Part shown: positions 42,775-52,687 of the stretch, in pieces
Layout: every line of letters begins with the position of its first letter
Numbering within the stretch: the stretch's first letter is position 1
From: Candidatus Poribacteria bacterium
GTDB lineage: Bacteria > Poribacteria > WGA-4E > WGA-3G
Direction of reading: 5' to 3'
DNA: 64,000 nt
NCBI GenBank assembly: GCA_965198235.1
Contig: OZ240248.1
Coordinates: forward strand, 1,216,001-1,280,000
Notes under the pieces: model-generated
What the model was told of the DNA's origin: nothing
Seen by the model: only the letters and a program-made list of their open reading frames with translations
Database searches by the model: none
Program-made: the position numbers and the translations under genes

Positions 42775-44199
42775 ATGTGGCATATTGCGAAACGTGAAAT
42801 CTACGATAACCTCAATAGCCTTCGATTTGCCCTAACAACCGTGTTGTTGCTGGCACTGATGGTAACCAATGCCGTTAGGCATCTCCGAGAGCATCCAAAA
42901 CGGGTACAGAGGTATCAGACCGCTGTCACCGAATCTTTGAATCACTTAACGGATCGCGCCGACAACAGCCTCTATAAACTGGCACAATACGGACCGGGAA
43001 ATTTCTACAAAAAACCGTCTCCTCTTCACTTCTGTGCAAACGGAGGTGAACCCCTTTTACCAGATACGGTTGAAGTGGAAGAACCATTTGTGTTCGCGAC
43101 GGATTCAGAAGATAACGTGCTACTCAAAGGAATCTGGAGCCTGTCCTATCCAGATGCCAACCTCCAGAATAAGGACGTTGGACCGGACGTTTCACAAGTG
43201 GATTGGGCATTCATCATCGGTTACATCTTGAGTTTGCTGGCACTCTTGTTTACCTTTGATGCCTTCTCCGGTGAACGCGAGCGCGGCACACTCCGATTAA
43301 TGTTAGCAAATTCAATTCCCCGACACACTGTCCTTATCGGTAAGTTCTTAGGGGCATTGCTCAGTATTAGCATCCCATTTATACTTGCTGTGTTGGTGAA
43401 CCTTCTATTGATTTCTACTGCAAATACTGTTCACCTGACGACAGAGGCATGGGGACGCTTAGGTATCATTTTCTTTCTTGCCCTTTTATACACGAGTCTA
43501 TTTCTGGCGTTAGGACTATTGGTCTCCACGCGTGTACAACGGAGCACGGTGAGTCTGATGATACTTCTTTTGACGTGGGTAACCTTTGTCGTTTTTATGC
43601 CCAGCACCCTCGCTTCAATTGCAAGCAGTTTCTCGCCTGCCGTATCCTTCGATGAATTTTGGAAGCAGCGTAACCCAACTCAAGAGGATTTATGGGATAA
43701 ATACCGCGAGTGGCTCTGGTCGAGTGAAGTGGACGACAGCACGTTAAGGGGGAAAAGCGAGTTTTACACCGAAAACGCTGAAAGAGAGGAAGGCTGGCAC
43801 GAAGAACAATTAAAGTACCGGGCTTCTCAGGTGCGCCGCGCGCACGCTATCACCAGCATCTCACCCGCCACACTTCTCCAGCACCTGATTGAAGCGTTTG
43901 CTGGAACGGGGTTTGAGCGGCATTTGCAATTTGTGGAGAATACGCAACGTTACGCCCGACAATTCCGTGAATTCATCGTTGACATTGATAGAGCCGATCC
44001 GGAGAGTCTCCATATCTTTGGTGTTCGTGAGGGTATGTCGCAGAAGCCTGTCAGTCCAGAGGCAGTTCCGAAATTTGAAGACACGCTAAGCCTCAGTAAA
44101 GACTTCAATACCAGAGCAATAGAGATGCTGCTGTTGGCGTTGTTCGTTGTGGTGCTTCTGTCCGGAGTGTATCTCGCGTTTGTGCGCGTTGAGGTGTAA
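42775..44199 (+). CDS. ABC-2/NosY-like permease, type B copy 2
   Basis: Start MWHIAKRE at 42775; paralog of 39550-40962. Confidence 0.85.
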   Translation: MWHIAKREIYDNLNSLRFALTTVLLLALMVTNAVRHLREHPKRVQRYQTAVTESLNHLTDRADNSLYKLAQYGPGNFYKKPSPLHFCANGGEPLLPDTVEVEEPFVFATDSEDNVLLKGIWSLSYPDANLQNKDVGPDVSQVDWAFIIGYILSLLALLFTFDAFSGERERGTLRLMLANSIPRHTVLIGKFLGALLSISIPFILAVLVNLLLISTANTVHLTTEAWGRLGIIFFLALLYTSLFLALGLLVSTRVQRSTVSLMILLLTWVTFVVFMPSTLASIASSFSPAVSFDEFWKQRNPTQEDLWDKYREWLWSSEVDDSTLRGKSEFYTENAEREEGWHEEQLKYRASQVRRAHAITSISPATLLQHLIEAFAGTGFERHLQFVENTQRYARQFREFIVDIDRADPESLHIFGVREGMSQKPVSPEAVPKFEDTLSLSKDFNTRAIEMLLLALFVVVLLSGVYLAFVRVEV

Positions 44200-44205
44200 G
44201 ACAAA

Positions 44206-44619
44206 ATGCTTAAAACACTTATTCGCAGAGAACTCCTTGACAATCTAAGGACCTTCCGTTTCGCAGCGGTACTGCTCATCACGCTGTTGCTCGTTGTTGC
44301 AAACGCGGTGGTGCTTATTCAAGATTATGAACAACGTTTGGAGAGTTACAATAATGCTGTCAAAATGCATTATGCCCGTGAATACCGCGAATTCGTTATT
44401 GATACGGATAGGGCAGATCCAGAGAGTCTCCATGTCGTTGGGATTCGTGAAGGTATGTCGCAGAAAAGCGTCAGCCCGGAGGCGATCCCCAAATTTAAAG
44501 ATACGCTCAGCCTCAACCGTGATTTCAACACCGCGGCGACGGATTTACTGTTGTTGGTGCTGTTTCTGGCAGTCCTTGTATCAGGCATGTATCTCGCGTT
44601 CGTGCGTCTTGAGATTTGA
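44206..44619 (+). pseudogene. In-frame A/B permease chimera (internal deletion of a third pair)
   Basis: First 55 aa match the type A N-terminus (..NNAVKMH); the remainder matches the type B C-terminus (YAREYREF..DRADPESLH..FVRLEI); junction at 44370/44371. Confidence 0.8.
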
Positions 44620-44666
44620 ATGGGTGATAGGGAAACTAAATGATGCTGCTTAGAAATCTGAATCGC

Positions 44667-44695
44667 TTGCTTTTTCAAAATTTTTCGTGTATACT
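44667..44695 (+). promoter_or_regulatory. Promoter of the DUF433 toxin-antitoxin locus
   Basis: TTGCTT-17 nt-TATACT. Confidence 0.55.
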
Positions 44696-44737
44696 TTAGA
44701 ATAAGTAAACTTGAAACTTACCAATGAGGTAACAGCA

Positions 44738-45031
44738 ATGAACGACTACACAGGCATTATTACCGTTGAACCGGGCAAACGCAGCGGGCAACCGTGCATT
44801 CGGGGCATGCGGATCACCGTTTACGATATCTTTGAATATCTTGCATCCGGTATGACAGTGGCGGAAATTCTTGATGATTTTCCCTATTTAACTGAAACGG
44901 ATATTCGCGCCTGTTTTGCGTATGCCGCCGACTGGAAAAAATCACAGATGGTTGTTTACACGAATGAAACTCCTATTCGATCAGAACCTATCGCCGAATC
45001 TTGTGAGTCTGCTGGCGGATCTGTTTCCTAA
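44738..45031 (+). CDS. DUF433 antitoxin (C-terminus reads through into the toxin remnant)
   Basis: GAGGT RBS; PGKRSGQPCIRGMRITV and ILDDFPYLTETDIRACFAYAAD motifs. Confidence 0.88.
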   Translation: MNDYTGIITVEPGKRSGQPCIRGMRITVYDIFEYLASGMTVAEILDDFPYLTETDIRACFAYAADWKKSQMVVYTNETPIRSEPIAESCESAGGSVS

Positions 45032-45143
45032 TTCCACAAACCGGCTAAAGACTCTTCTTTCATGCTTCTGTTCTTCCATTTTTCCATCTTTTTATCAAAC
45101 CGCATTTAAAGGCAACGGTTCACCACCGAGAGTTCGTAATTGA
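44964..45143 (+). pseudogene. Truncated DUF5615 PIN-like toxin
   Basis: MKLLFDQNLSPNLVSLLADLFPNST N-terminus, then similarity is lost after about 25 codons. Confidence 0.75.
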
Positions 45144-45165
45144 TACCGATAGAGCAGATCCGATT

Positions 45166-46659
45166 TCAACCCATCACCTGCCAAATTGGCTCCGCGCCCT
45201 CAACACCGACGAGTTTCTGATCTAAACCGCCGTGGAAGTAAGTGAGTCGATTCGGGTCAATCCCGAGTTGATGAAGGATTGTTGCATGCAGATGCTTGAC
45301 ATGAAACGGATCCGTGACCGCCGCGCTACCGAGTTCATCGGTCTCACCAACGCTCATACCGCCTTTGATCCCGCCGCCCGCTATCCACATTGTGAAGCCG
45401 TAGGAGTTGTGGTCACGCCCTGTGCCTTTGGCGTACTCTGCTGTCGGCTGACGACCAAATTCACCGCCCCAGACAACGAGTGTTTCATCGAGTAGCCCGC
45501 GTTGTTTGAGATCTTTAAGCAACCCGGCAATCGGTTTATCAGTCGCCTTGGCATGCTTGTTGTGGTTTTTCTCAATGCCGTCGTGTGCGTCCCAATTGTC
45601 GTCATTATGTGCGCCGCCAGAGTAGAGCTGAATGAACCTAACACCCCGTTCAACCAACCGTCTCGCCAAAAGGCATTTCGTGCCAAACTCCTCCGTCTCC
45701 TTTTCATTGACCCCATAAAGTGCTTTAATGTGCTCCGGCTCGCTATCCAAATCTACTGCTTCCGGCGCCGTAGACTGCATCTTGTAGGCTAACTCATAAC
45801 TCGAAATTCGAGCTGAGAGATCGGTGTTGTCGGTGCGTTTGGAGAGATGGGTCGCATTGAATTGGCGCAGATAATCGAGTAGCCTGCGCTGTTCGCTTCG
45901 GTTCATGTCGTTCGTATGCTCCAAATCGAGAATCGGTGCACCTTCCGAACGGAAAACCGTACCTTGATAAACGGCGGGCATATACCCGCTACTCCAGTTC
46001 TTCGCGCCGCTGATGGGACCACCTGTCCGGTCAAGCATCACAACGTATCCCGGAAGATTTTCGTTCTCACTGCCGAGTCCATAATTCACCCAAGATCCGA
46101 GCGACGGATGACCACTCAACACGCGACCTGCGTTCATCATCAGCATCGCGGAACCGTGCAACGGTGAGTCTGCAGTCATTGACTTAATAAAGGCGATGTC
46201 ATCAACGCAGGTTGCGAGGTGTGGGAAAAGCCCTGAGACCCACTGTCCTGATTCGCCGTACTGGTTAAAATCCCACTTAGGACCAACGATACGTCCCTCT
46301 GATCTCTCACCACCGCGTCCTTTCGTTTTGACTTGAACGGTCTTGTCGTTGAGTTTGTACAAAATCGGTTTGTAGTCGAAAGTATCAACATGGCTTGGAC
46401 CGCCATACATGAACAGGAAAATCACGCGCTTCGCCTTCGGTGTGAAGTGCGACGGTTTAGGCGTGAGAGGATTAAGATACGGTGTCACGCCATCTGCAGC
46501 GACGGCTTGTGAATCGAGAAACCCGTCTGTGGATAGAAGTCCTGTCAACGCAAGCGATGCGAAACCGCCAGCAATGTTGCCGATAAATTCTCTGCGTGTC
46601 TGACCACAAAAGGCACCTTTTGAATTTGTATCTCTCTTGGTCTTAGATTGACTGTTCAT
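45166..46659 (-). CDS. DUF1501 family protein (sulfatase-like)
   Basis: TRREFI Tat-like motif, VIFLFMYGGPSHVDTFD, LARRLVERGVRF, WDAH, WGGEFGR and GRDH motifs. Confidence 0.92.
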   Translation of the reverse strand: MNSQSKTKRDTNSKGAFCGQTRREFIGNIAGGFASLALTGLLSTDGFLDSQAVAADGVTPYLNPLTPKPSHFTPKAKRVIFLFMYGGPSHVDTFDYKPILYKLNDKTVQVKTKGRGGERSEGRIVGPKWDFNQYGESGQWVSGLFPHLATCVDDIAFIKSMTADSPLHGSAMLMMNAGRVLSGHPSLGSWVNYGLGSENENLPGYVVMLDRTGGPISGAKNWSSGYMPAVYQGTVFRSEGAPILDLEHTNDMNRSEQRRLLDYLRQFNATHLSKRTDNTDLSARISSYELAYKMQSTAPEAVDLDSEPEHIKALYGVNEKETEEFGTKCLLARRLVERGVRFIQLYSGGAHNDDNWDAHDGIEKNHNKHAKATDKPIAGLLKDLKQRGLLDETLVVWGGEFGRQPTAEYAKGTGRDHNSYGFTMWIAGGGIKGGMSVGETDELGSAAVTDPFHVKHLHATILHQLGIDPNRLTYFHGGLDQKLVGVEGAEPIWQVMG

Positions 46660-46713
46660 CGCCTCATCTCCAATGTTAGCGTCCCTGCTTCGCAGCAGCG
46701 AAAACAGGTCGTC

Positions 46714-49611
46714 TTAATCCAAAAAGATAAATTCATTTAAATTCAATGCCAATAACGCAAATCGGTCGAGTGCTACTTCTGAATTCACGCCCTCGTGCTG
46801 CTGAAGTTCTTGCATGAAGGTCAACGCTTGTTGAATCTCTGTTGGCTCCGGTTCACGACACAATACAAGCCGCAGCCCAAATCGCACACGATCTTCGACC
46901 GACACACCACCTTCCCACCGCATCCTGTTGGCGAAAGCGAGTGCTTGATCGTTGATAAATTTCCCGTTGAGCATAGTCAGCGATTGTGTCGGCACCGTTG
47001 TCGAAAAACGGACCGGACATGTCGAATCGGTGTTCGCTTGGTCGAATTGGTTCAGAATAGGGACGAGCAACGAACGCTTGACCTTCACATAAACACTGCG
47101 ACGGTTTGCCTCATCCGGCGGTGATTGTCCCCAAACACTCCTTGGTCTTGAGGACGTTGCCAACACCTCTTTCGGTAGTTCAGGAAAAACACTCGGCCCT
47201 CCCATTTTGAGGTTCAGTTTCCCAGTGATCCAGAGTACTGTATCCCGAATCTCTTCTGCAGTCAAGCGACGCATGTCGAATCGCCAAAAGAGATCATTGT
47301 TCGCGTCCTGTTCAACGCATCTCGGATTGCTCTGTGCCGACATCCGATATGCATTCGAGGTCATTATCAACTTGTGCATTGCCTTTAACCGCCAGCCAGA
47401 CGCAATGAATTCAGACGCGAGCCAGTCGAGAAGCTCTGGATGTGTCGGGCGTGTACCGAGCTGTCCGAAATCGTTGGTTGATCGGACAATCCCACGTCCG
47501 AAGTGGTGTTGCCAGATGCGATTGACCATCACCCGGGCTGTCAGTGGGTTCTCAGCACTCGCCACCCATTTCGCGAAGATACGCCGTTTTCCAGATAATT
47601 TTGCCTCCTTTGGAATAGGCGGCACGTCTACAACAGGAAGGTTCAACACCGCAGGAAATGCCGGTTTAACCTCACGTCCGACGAGGTGCGGATTGCCACG
47701 TCGTAAGATGTGCGTCGGTGTCTGCTTGCTCTCTGAAACCGCTAAAACCTGATGATCGTAAGGCACACGCTGTCGCCGCCGCTGATCCCGCTGTTTTTTT
47801 AACTCCTTCTGTTCATCGACTAACGCCTTCAGCGATTCGTTCGTTTCAATAAGTGCTGCGTGTGTTTTGAGCAACTCGCCAAAATTGACTGTAGTGTTTG
47901 TTGAGAGTGGCTGTTTCTCAAAACTCGCTCCAGACCACCAAACCTCCAGATGCGGGTTATCTAAATCTTTATTGAAATACTCAAGACGAATCGGCACATC
48001 ACCACGCATGAGTGCAATTTCCACGTCTCGCTCACCGATCAATTCAGCGACCTTATAACTATTGAGAATCAGTCTACAGGTGCCGTGCAGATTAATATGT
48101 AACGTATAAGTCGCATCTTCTGGTACCCGTAACGTTCCTTCAAAAACCAAGCCGATGTCTTTCTTTCTGCTGGCAGGTGCAAGTGAGAATAGGTTGCTAA
48201 ACAATCTACCTTCGGCAGTAGGTTCAAGGAGATCAAAATCATCAGGAAACTGCTCAAAGGTGCCGCGATAGAAGCGATATGTCAGATCACGCATCGGGGA
48301 CACTGGAGCATCAGGCACTATCTCCTCTGAAATATTTTTAGCAAGTTCGATTTTGATGATTTCTTGTATCTCAAAGAGTTTATTCTGTGCTTCTTGTTCG
48401 GCGAGTCGCTTTTCAGCGAGTTGCTTATCACGTACTGCCTGCTGTTCAGGGGTACCGATGTCGGCAAGCGGTCCGCGGTTGTTAGGCGTGATGTCATGGA
48501 AAAACGCGAGCAGACTATAATAATCCCGAGTCGAAATCGGATCGATTTTATGGTCGTGGCATCGGGCGCAACCGATTGTCATACCGAGCATCACCTGCCC
48601 TGTTGTCGAAACAATATCATCAAGATAGTCGTACCGCGCGAGTTTCCGATCGGCAGGTCCATCGTCCCAAACACCGAGTCGGTGATACCCGGTCGCAATG
48701 AGGGTCTCTGTAGTTACAGCATCCAGTTCATCCCCCGCCAGTTGCTCCTTGATGAATTGATCATACGGCTTGTCTTTATTGAAAGCGTTAATGACGTAAT
48801 CGCGGTATCGCCAGACATAGGGCTTGTCTGAATCGCTTTCATAGCCGTTTGTCTCGGCATAACGGACAAGGTCGAGCCAGTGCCGTCCCCACTTCTCACC
48901 ATACCGTGGAGACTTCAGGAGTTTATCGATTAATTTTTCATAAGCGTCGGGTGCTGTATCGTTCAAGAACGCCTCCACCGCTTCAGGTGAAGGTGGTAAT
49001 CCTGTGAGGTCGTAGTATACCCGACGAATCAGTGTCAGTTTGCTGGCGGGTACGGCTGGCATTAAACCGTGTGCCTCCAGTTTTGCGAGAATAAACGCGT
49101 CGATCGGGTTACTGACCCAATCCGATGCGTTTACCGACGGCACTTGCAGTCGTTTTAGCGGACGATATGCCCAATAATCTGATCCTGTTTTAGAAATCGG
49201 TTGCACGTCGGTATCTTGAACGGGATAGGGGAGTCCTATGTTAATCCATTTCGCTAAAATCTCAAGAGCAGCAGCATCTAACCTACCGTCCGGTGGCATT
49301 TGTGCAGTCTCTTGACCGTACCCGACCATCTGCAGCAAGAAACTGTCAGCGGGGTTTTCTAACGACACCGCAACTCCATAATCCCCACCTTTGAGGATCT
49401 TTTCCCGACTCGTCAATTGGAGTCCACCCTCCACTTCAGCCCCCTCGCCGTGGCATTGGAAACAGTTTTGTTCGAGGACGGGTTTCACTTGAGAATTGAA
49501 GAATTCAACCTTTTCTGCATCACTCAGATTATTCGCGTAACCGATATTGAGAAAAGTCAGCGCGCACAGAAAGGCTATGGCAAGAAAACGGGAACGATGA
49601 GGATGTTGCAT
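46714..49611 (-). CDS. PSD1/planctomycete cytochrome c protein (DUF1549 + DUF1553) with PA14-like insert
   Basis: CFQCH and CARCH heme-type motifs; [38 protein letters not shown] and [11 protein letters not shown] motifs. Confidence 0.92.
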   Translation of the reverse strand: MQHPHRSRFLAIAFLCALTFLNIGYANNLSDAEKVEFFNSQVKPVLEQNCFQCHGEGAEVEGGLQLTSREKILKGGDYGVAVSLENPADSFLLQMVGYGQETAQMPPDGRLDAAALEILAKWINIGLPYPVQDTDVQPISKTGSDYWAYRPLKRLQVPSVNASDWVSNPIDAFILAKLEAHGLMPAVPASKLTLIRRVYYDLTGLPPSPEAVEAFLNDTAPDAYEKLIDKLLKSPRYGEKWGRHWLDLVRYAETNGYESDSDKPYVWRYRDYVINAFNKDKPYDQFIKEQLAGDELDAVTTETLIATGYHRLGVWDDGPADRKLARYDYLDDIVSTTGQVMLGMTIGCARCHDHKIDPISTRDYYSLLAFFHDITPNNRGPLADIGTPEQQAVRDKQLAEKRLAEQEAQNKLFEIQEIIKIELAKNISEEIVPDAPVSPMRDLTYRFYRGTFEQFPDDFDLLEPTAEGRLFSNLFSLAPASRKKDIGLVFEGTLRVPEDATYTLHINLHGTCRLILNSYKVAELIGERDVEIALMRGDVPIRLEYFNKDLDNPHLEVWWSGASFEKQPLSTNTTVNFGELLKTHAALIETNESLKALVDEQKELKKQRDQRRRQRVPYDHQVLAVSESKQTPTHILRRGNPHLVGREVKPAFPAVLNLPVVDVPPIPKEAKLSGKRRIFAKWVASAENPLTARVMVNRIWQHHFGRGIVRSTNDFGQLGTRPTHPELLDWLASEFIASGWRLKAMHKLIMTSNAYRMSAQSNPRCVEQDANNDLFWRFDMRRLTAEEIRDTVLWITGKLNLKMGGPSVFPELPKEVLATSSRPRSVWGQSPPDEANRRSVYVKVKRSLLVPILNQFDQANTDSTCPVRFSTTVPTQSLTMLNGKFINDQALAFANRMRWEGGVSVEDRVRFGLRLVLCREPEPTEIQQALTFMQELQQHEGVNSEVALDRFALLALNLNEFIFLD

Positions 49612-49792
49612 AGTCGCCTCCGTTCAAAAGTGACACTTCGGAACGCTTTAAGCGGGTGAAAGACCTTTTGAACCACGATACATTGCCATCAATTCTAAAG
49701 AAATCGATTGTCTATTTGACGTGAATTCGACTTAAGGGTTTAGTGGGATGTTGGGTTTCACTTGCGTTCAACCAACCTACGTCTCCATTACC

Positions 49793-51349
49793 CTACGACG
49801 ATGCTTCTGACTCTCCTGTTTCCGCTGGTACGACAGAAATCCGCGCCAGAAAAGCGTTGGTGCTTCCCTTCTTACAGAACCAATTACCCGTCGCGCCTAA
49901 CTTAAACCGTTGTCCGCGTTCAAACTGGTGAAGGATTTGTCCTGTGTCGCCGGGCGAAATATCCCATACGGAAGCCAGTGCTTCGTCTGGAAACCCTTCT
50001 GTCGGTAGTTCAGCATCGCCAGCAAACAGGTCAAACGAACCCGTCGCCTCACCCGCACCTACCTGTATATTAAGGATCAGGGTTCCGCCTTGCTCAAAAG
50101 ATGTGGTATCAATCTCGACAGTTGTATAATCCTGATAACCGTCTCCGGGTCCACGAAAAACGTTCAAAACCTCCATCACCTCTTGCGGCGAACTGAGGTC
50201 TAATTCTGACACCGATTTCTCTTTGTTCTCGTTGGCGGGGTTTGTAACCTCGCCTTTCGCAACGTCCGCTAACAGTGTTAAATATCTTTGTGCCGGATTG
50301 CGGCCCGGGAGTTGGTTTTCTGGTTGGTGCATTATAATCTCACCTTCAGGATTCAGCACCTGAATATCCACCGCACCGACGTAATGATCTTTGAGTGTTT
50401 TGGCGAAAACACTGACGCTGTCCTCGTCTGGATCGTCTACCAATTCTGCCAAATCGCGAAAGAGCACCCAAGTATTCACAAAATTCTCGTTGAGGGTTTT
50501 GATGATTTCTGATTTCGAGAGCGGACCCGCTCTCAAGTTCTTACCGTTCGCTCAGCAAGATTCATCGTCTAAGGGACCCCAGGAGAGGACTGCATGGAGC
50601 GGACGCTGCGTCGCCTCCGCTTTTTCGACTGCTTCCTCGAGCGGCAGCCAGTTAATTTCAGCGGATTTGTAGAACTTCAATTCCAATCTTCTGCGTGCCC
50701 CTTCGGATGTGATAGCACTTTCCCACGCAATGCCGTCCCGGGCTTCTGTCGAGGTGGCATGGAGTTTCATACGTGGTACGAAGACCATATCAGCATACCC
50801 AAAGTCATTGATGTCTACATTGCTATTGCGTGGCGGAAGTGTGAGGGAAAAGTCACAAATAACACCGGTCTTCAAGTTGATTAGCAACTGTCCGGCATAT
50901 TGCGATGGAATAAATCGGGCTCTTTGCACATGATCCTCATCGGCATCGGGTTCCGATCCCGGTTTAGGGCGGATCGCCAAAGTAAACTCCGCATGAATTC
51001 GGAACGTGATGTCGGCATAATCCGGTGAAAGTGCGCGTAAGCAGGCGAAAGCCCCCTTCTGCCCGTGACGTAACTCGCCTGTAGCGCCCGGGTGAAACTG
51101 CGAAAGAAACGGGATAACGCTATCCAGATCCAGTTCCCAAACATCTCCAACTGCTACAGTTGACGCGGGGAGAAAAGCGTTGAAAGCCTGTCCGTTATAT
51201 TCTCTAATAGGTTCGTTTGGCGATAGATCAAAGAGTTGAATGTTTTCTGGTTCTTTGTGTAGATTGTGAGTCGCATCGGAGATTGGATCCCAATGCGCAT
51301 GGACTTGTAAAGGTGCTGAATTCTTCAGGACATTGTTCATATCTATCAC
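49793..51349 (-). CDS. Selenoprotein N (SELENON)-like selenoprotein; UGA at 50552-50554 recoded as Sec; about 518 aa
   Basis: ORFs 50552-51397 and 49793-50536 are in one frame separated only by TGA plus 5 codons, giving WGPLDDESC-U-ANGKNLRAGPLS. FRIHAEF, GAFACL and NENFVNTW motifs match SelN. GGAGG RBS precedes GTG 51349. Confidence 0.85.
50515..50536 (-). promoter_or_regulatory. Candidate bacterial SECIS element
   Basis: TTGAGAGCG-GGTC-CGCTCTCGA 9-bp stem beginning 15 nt 3' of the UGA; the apical loop GGUC starts with G. Confidence 0.75.
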
Positions 51350-51449
51350 TGGTTTTCCTCCATTGCATAACTTGCTTATAAACGTTCTCGGATGCACTTT
51401 TTACCGATGTTCAGATCTTTTGTGGGAGGGGTTTGTAACCCCGACTCTT

Positions 51450-51577
51450 TATGTAAGTCCTAATCTACAATTACTTGGACATTGTGGATGGGCGGAGGAA
51501 CACCCAAGCAAAACACCCCGCCAGCGATGGAACGGATTGTTTCGTAAAGGGTCAATATATTTTTGGACTTTACTGTA
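51450..51577. mobile_element. Degenerate TATAGTAAA-type MITE
   Basis: GTAAGTCC...GGACTTTAC ends; shares CAATGTCCAAGT (reverse) with the 37129 copy. Confidence 0.5.
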
Positions 51578-51593
51578 AATTGTTAAGTCGCGC

Positions 51594-52496
51594 CTATGGC
51601 AACGGTTCGCCTTCGTTGGCAGTCAGTTCTGCGTAAAGTTCCTGTAGTCGGGTGGTCACGGGACGTATCCCCTCGTCTCCAATTTTCCTGCCATCAACCT
51701 CTAAGACCGGGCTCAACTCACCCACGGTGCCGGTCGTGAAGACTTCGTCTGCGGTGTAGACCTCAGTCAACGAAACGTTCCGTTCCGTCAGCGGGATACC
51801 CGCCTCGCGAGCGATCCGAATAACCGTGCCTCGTGTAATCCCCGGTAGGCAGCTATCGGCGTGTGGTGTCAGTACCTCCCCACGCTTTATGAGAAAGATG
51901 TTCGTCGCGTTCGTTTCTGAAACGTAACCGAAGATGTCGAGCATAATCGCATCGTCCACACCAGCGACATTCGCCTCAATCTTGGCGAGGATGTTGTTGA
52001 TCAGGTTGTTGTGGTGGATCTTAGAATCAACACATTGTGGCGGATTCCGTCGAATCGCTGAGGTGATTAAACGGATACCGCTGCTGGCATAGATGGGTGG
52101 CTTCCACTCCGCGATCGCAATTAAGGTGGTGCCATACTGATTGACGCGTGCGTCCATACTGGAGGTAACCTTTTTCCCGCGACTGAGCGTTAGACGAATG
52201 TGAACACCGTCTCGCATGCCGTTAGCGTGGAGCGTCTCAAAAATCGCTTTTTTCACCTCATCGCGCATCGGAATACTTGCGAATGCCATGGCGTGCGCTG
52301 AATCTATGAGTCGATCCAGGTGTGCATCCAGGGCAAAAATTTTTCCGTTATAGACGCGCAAGCCTTCCCATACGCCATCTCCACCTTGGACGAGGCTGTC
52401 GAACACGGAGATCTTCGCGTCTTCGCGGGGCAGCAATTCGCCGTTGACGTGGATTAATATGTTTTCATTTCTTGAATCAGGTAATTTAGGTTCCAT
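51594..52496 (-). CDS. Aminotransferase class IV (branched-chain amino acid aminotransferase-like)
   Basis: GDGVWEGLR, SKIHHNN, ETNATNIF, LPGITRG and ADEVFTTGT motifs. Confidence 0.9.
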   Translation of the reverse strand: MEPKLPDSRNENILIHVNGELLPREDAKISVFDSLVQGGDGVWEGLRVYNGKIFALDAHLDRLIDSAHAMAFASIPMRDEVKKAIFETLHANGMRDGVHIRLTLSRGKKVTSSMDARVNQYGTTLIAIAEWKPPIYASSGIRLITSAIRRNPPQCVDSKIHHNNLINNILAKIEANVAGVDDAIMLDIFGYVSETNATNIFLIKRGEVLTPHADSCLPGITRGTVIRIAREAGIPLTERNVSLTEVYTADEVFTTGTVGELSPVLEVDGRKIGDEGIRPVTTRLQELYAELTANEGEPLP

Positions 52497-52513
52497 ATCT
52501 CCTCCATTTTAAT

Positions 52514-52683
52514 AGTTATCAGTTATCGGTTTGCCTCGCATTGTCCCGCAAGCCTCTATAGGCTTGCGCAGAGTTGTCAATCAGAGGACTCTGATAACAA
52601 GTCACTTGGCTTGGGTTTTCAGGAGGGGTAAGTTTTTACAGAACACCTCTTAACTGATAACTGACTGCTGACAGCCGATAGCC
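52514..52683. repeat. Heptamer-tandem palindromic element ((AGTTRTC)n-AGAGG...CCTCT-(CTGAYAR)n)
   Basis: Representative copy; related copies at about 6878, 7943, 39431, 42496, 59538 and 63977. Confidence 0.7.
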
Positions 52684-52687
52684 ACTC

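Noticed and set aside
37916-44619. Diversity-generating retroelement or invertible cassette system
   Set aside because: No reverse transcriptase or recombinase, and no adenine-specific TR/VR pair seen; tandem duplication suffices.
50552-50554. Simple nonsense mutation or two separate genes at the SelN-like locus
   Set aside because: The stop is UGA exactly at the SelN Sec column, similarity continues in frame, and a SECIS-like hairpin follows; the downstream TTG lies inside that hairpin with no clear RBS.
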